Source of the DNA: Eledone cirrhosa
Lineage: Eukaryota
Length of the DNA stretch: 64,000 nt
Direction: 5' to 3'
NCBI GenBank assembly: GCA_964016885.1
Contig: OZ024742.1
Span: forward strand, 61,442,001-61,506,000
The position numbers were made by a program, and so were the translations under genes. A model generated the notes under the pieces. That model was not told where the DNA came from. It searched no databases and saw nothing but the letters and a program-made list of their open reading frames with translations. Below, piece by piece: positions 63,445 through 64,000 of this stretch. Every line of letters starts with the position of its first letter. Within the stretch, counting starts at the first letter, position 1.

Positions 63445-64000
63445 TTACCTCTCTGCGTCCCGGGAAACGGGCCGCTCAATTTCCATGCTGGTTGGGGATG
63501 GGTTGTTGGGTGGGGTGGTGGTTTGTGGAAGTGAAGGGGCATCGGTGTGTTGTGGGTTGGGGTGTTTGTGGTTGAGTGGGTGTATGGGTGTGAGGGGGGC
63601 GGGGGGGGGGTTAGGAGGACGCGGTTGATTGGTTTGGCGCAGGGGGGGGGGGGGGGCCACGTCCTCCGTGAAATTTATTTTCAGTGTTTTGTACAAGTGC
63701 ATTGGGACTTTTATCATTTTTAAATGAGGTAGTCCCACAGCAGTTTTAAAGTTAGGCCCTTCGGTTTGGACCGAAGGGTTTGCTGAAATTGTTTTCCGTA
63801 ATTCTTTGTTGTCTGTGTTCATGTATGTATATTGTAAGGTCTTTTTTTGTGTAGCAGATAGTGTTGTGTGACAGGGAGGGGCGGTTTGTGTGTAGTTTGT
63901 GTTCTCTTTGGGGGGGGGGTTAAAGTTAACATCATGTGTGTCTGTGGTGCGTCTCCTCTTCTTTCTTTTTACTTGTTGGAAGGGATCTTTTTCGTCTTGC
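63445..64000 (-). pseudogene. Tx1 ORF1 C-terminal region (partial, low complexity)
   Basis: Ends MEIERPVSRDAER*; copy 2 ends MEIEQPDLQETKR* at 59189; sits directly upstream of ORF2. Confidence 0.6.

Larger units (their letters stand above)
59716..64000 (-). mobile_element. Tx1-clade LINE copy 1 (runs off the window)
   Basis: ORF1 C-terminus, ORF2, and a 3' UTR ending gccctggtggcaAATAAAagaaac at ~59716. Confidence 0.92.

Overview
AT-rich eukaryotic (metazoan) non-genic region, probably from an octopus or related cephalopod. That assignment is an inference from the SINE and LINE families I recognise, not a verified result. I found no convincing host gene. The window is a mosaic of very long (TA)n, (GT)n and (GA)n tracts and transposon debris: a near-complete Penelope-like element (PLE; RT + C-terminal GIY-YIG, Hydra-type CxCx5Cx5C linker), further PLE 3' fragments, a Chapaev3/CACTA-type transposon with termini and TTA TSD, two mariner remnants, several RTE LINE fragments, a 2A-like/PHD LINE 5' fragment, tRNA-derived SINEs, and two tandem Tx1-clade LINEs (one with a nearly intact ORF2). 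The main hidden signal, invisible in the ORF track, is a dense set of more than 20 type-I minimal hammerhead ribozyme (HHR) motifs. They belong to about 8-10 sequence families of PLE ends or non-autonomous retrozyme-like units that sit in (TA)n tracts as tandem and fold-back arrays. Several families carry non-canonical catalytic cores: a compensatory U3:A8 swap (UUGANAA) in four families, a CCGAAGA core, and long stem-II insertions. All folds were inferred by eye and none has been tested.
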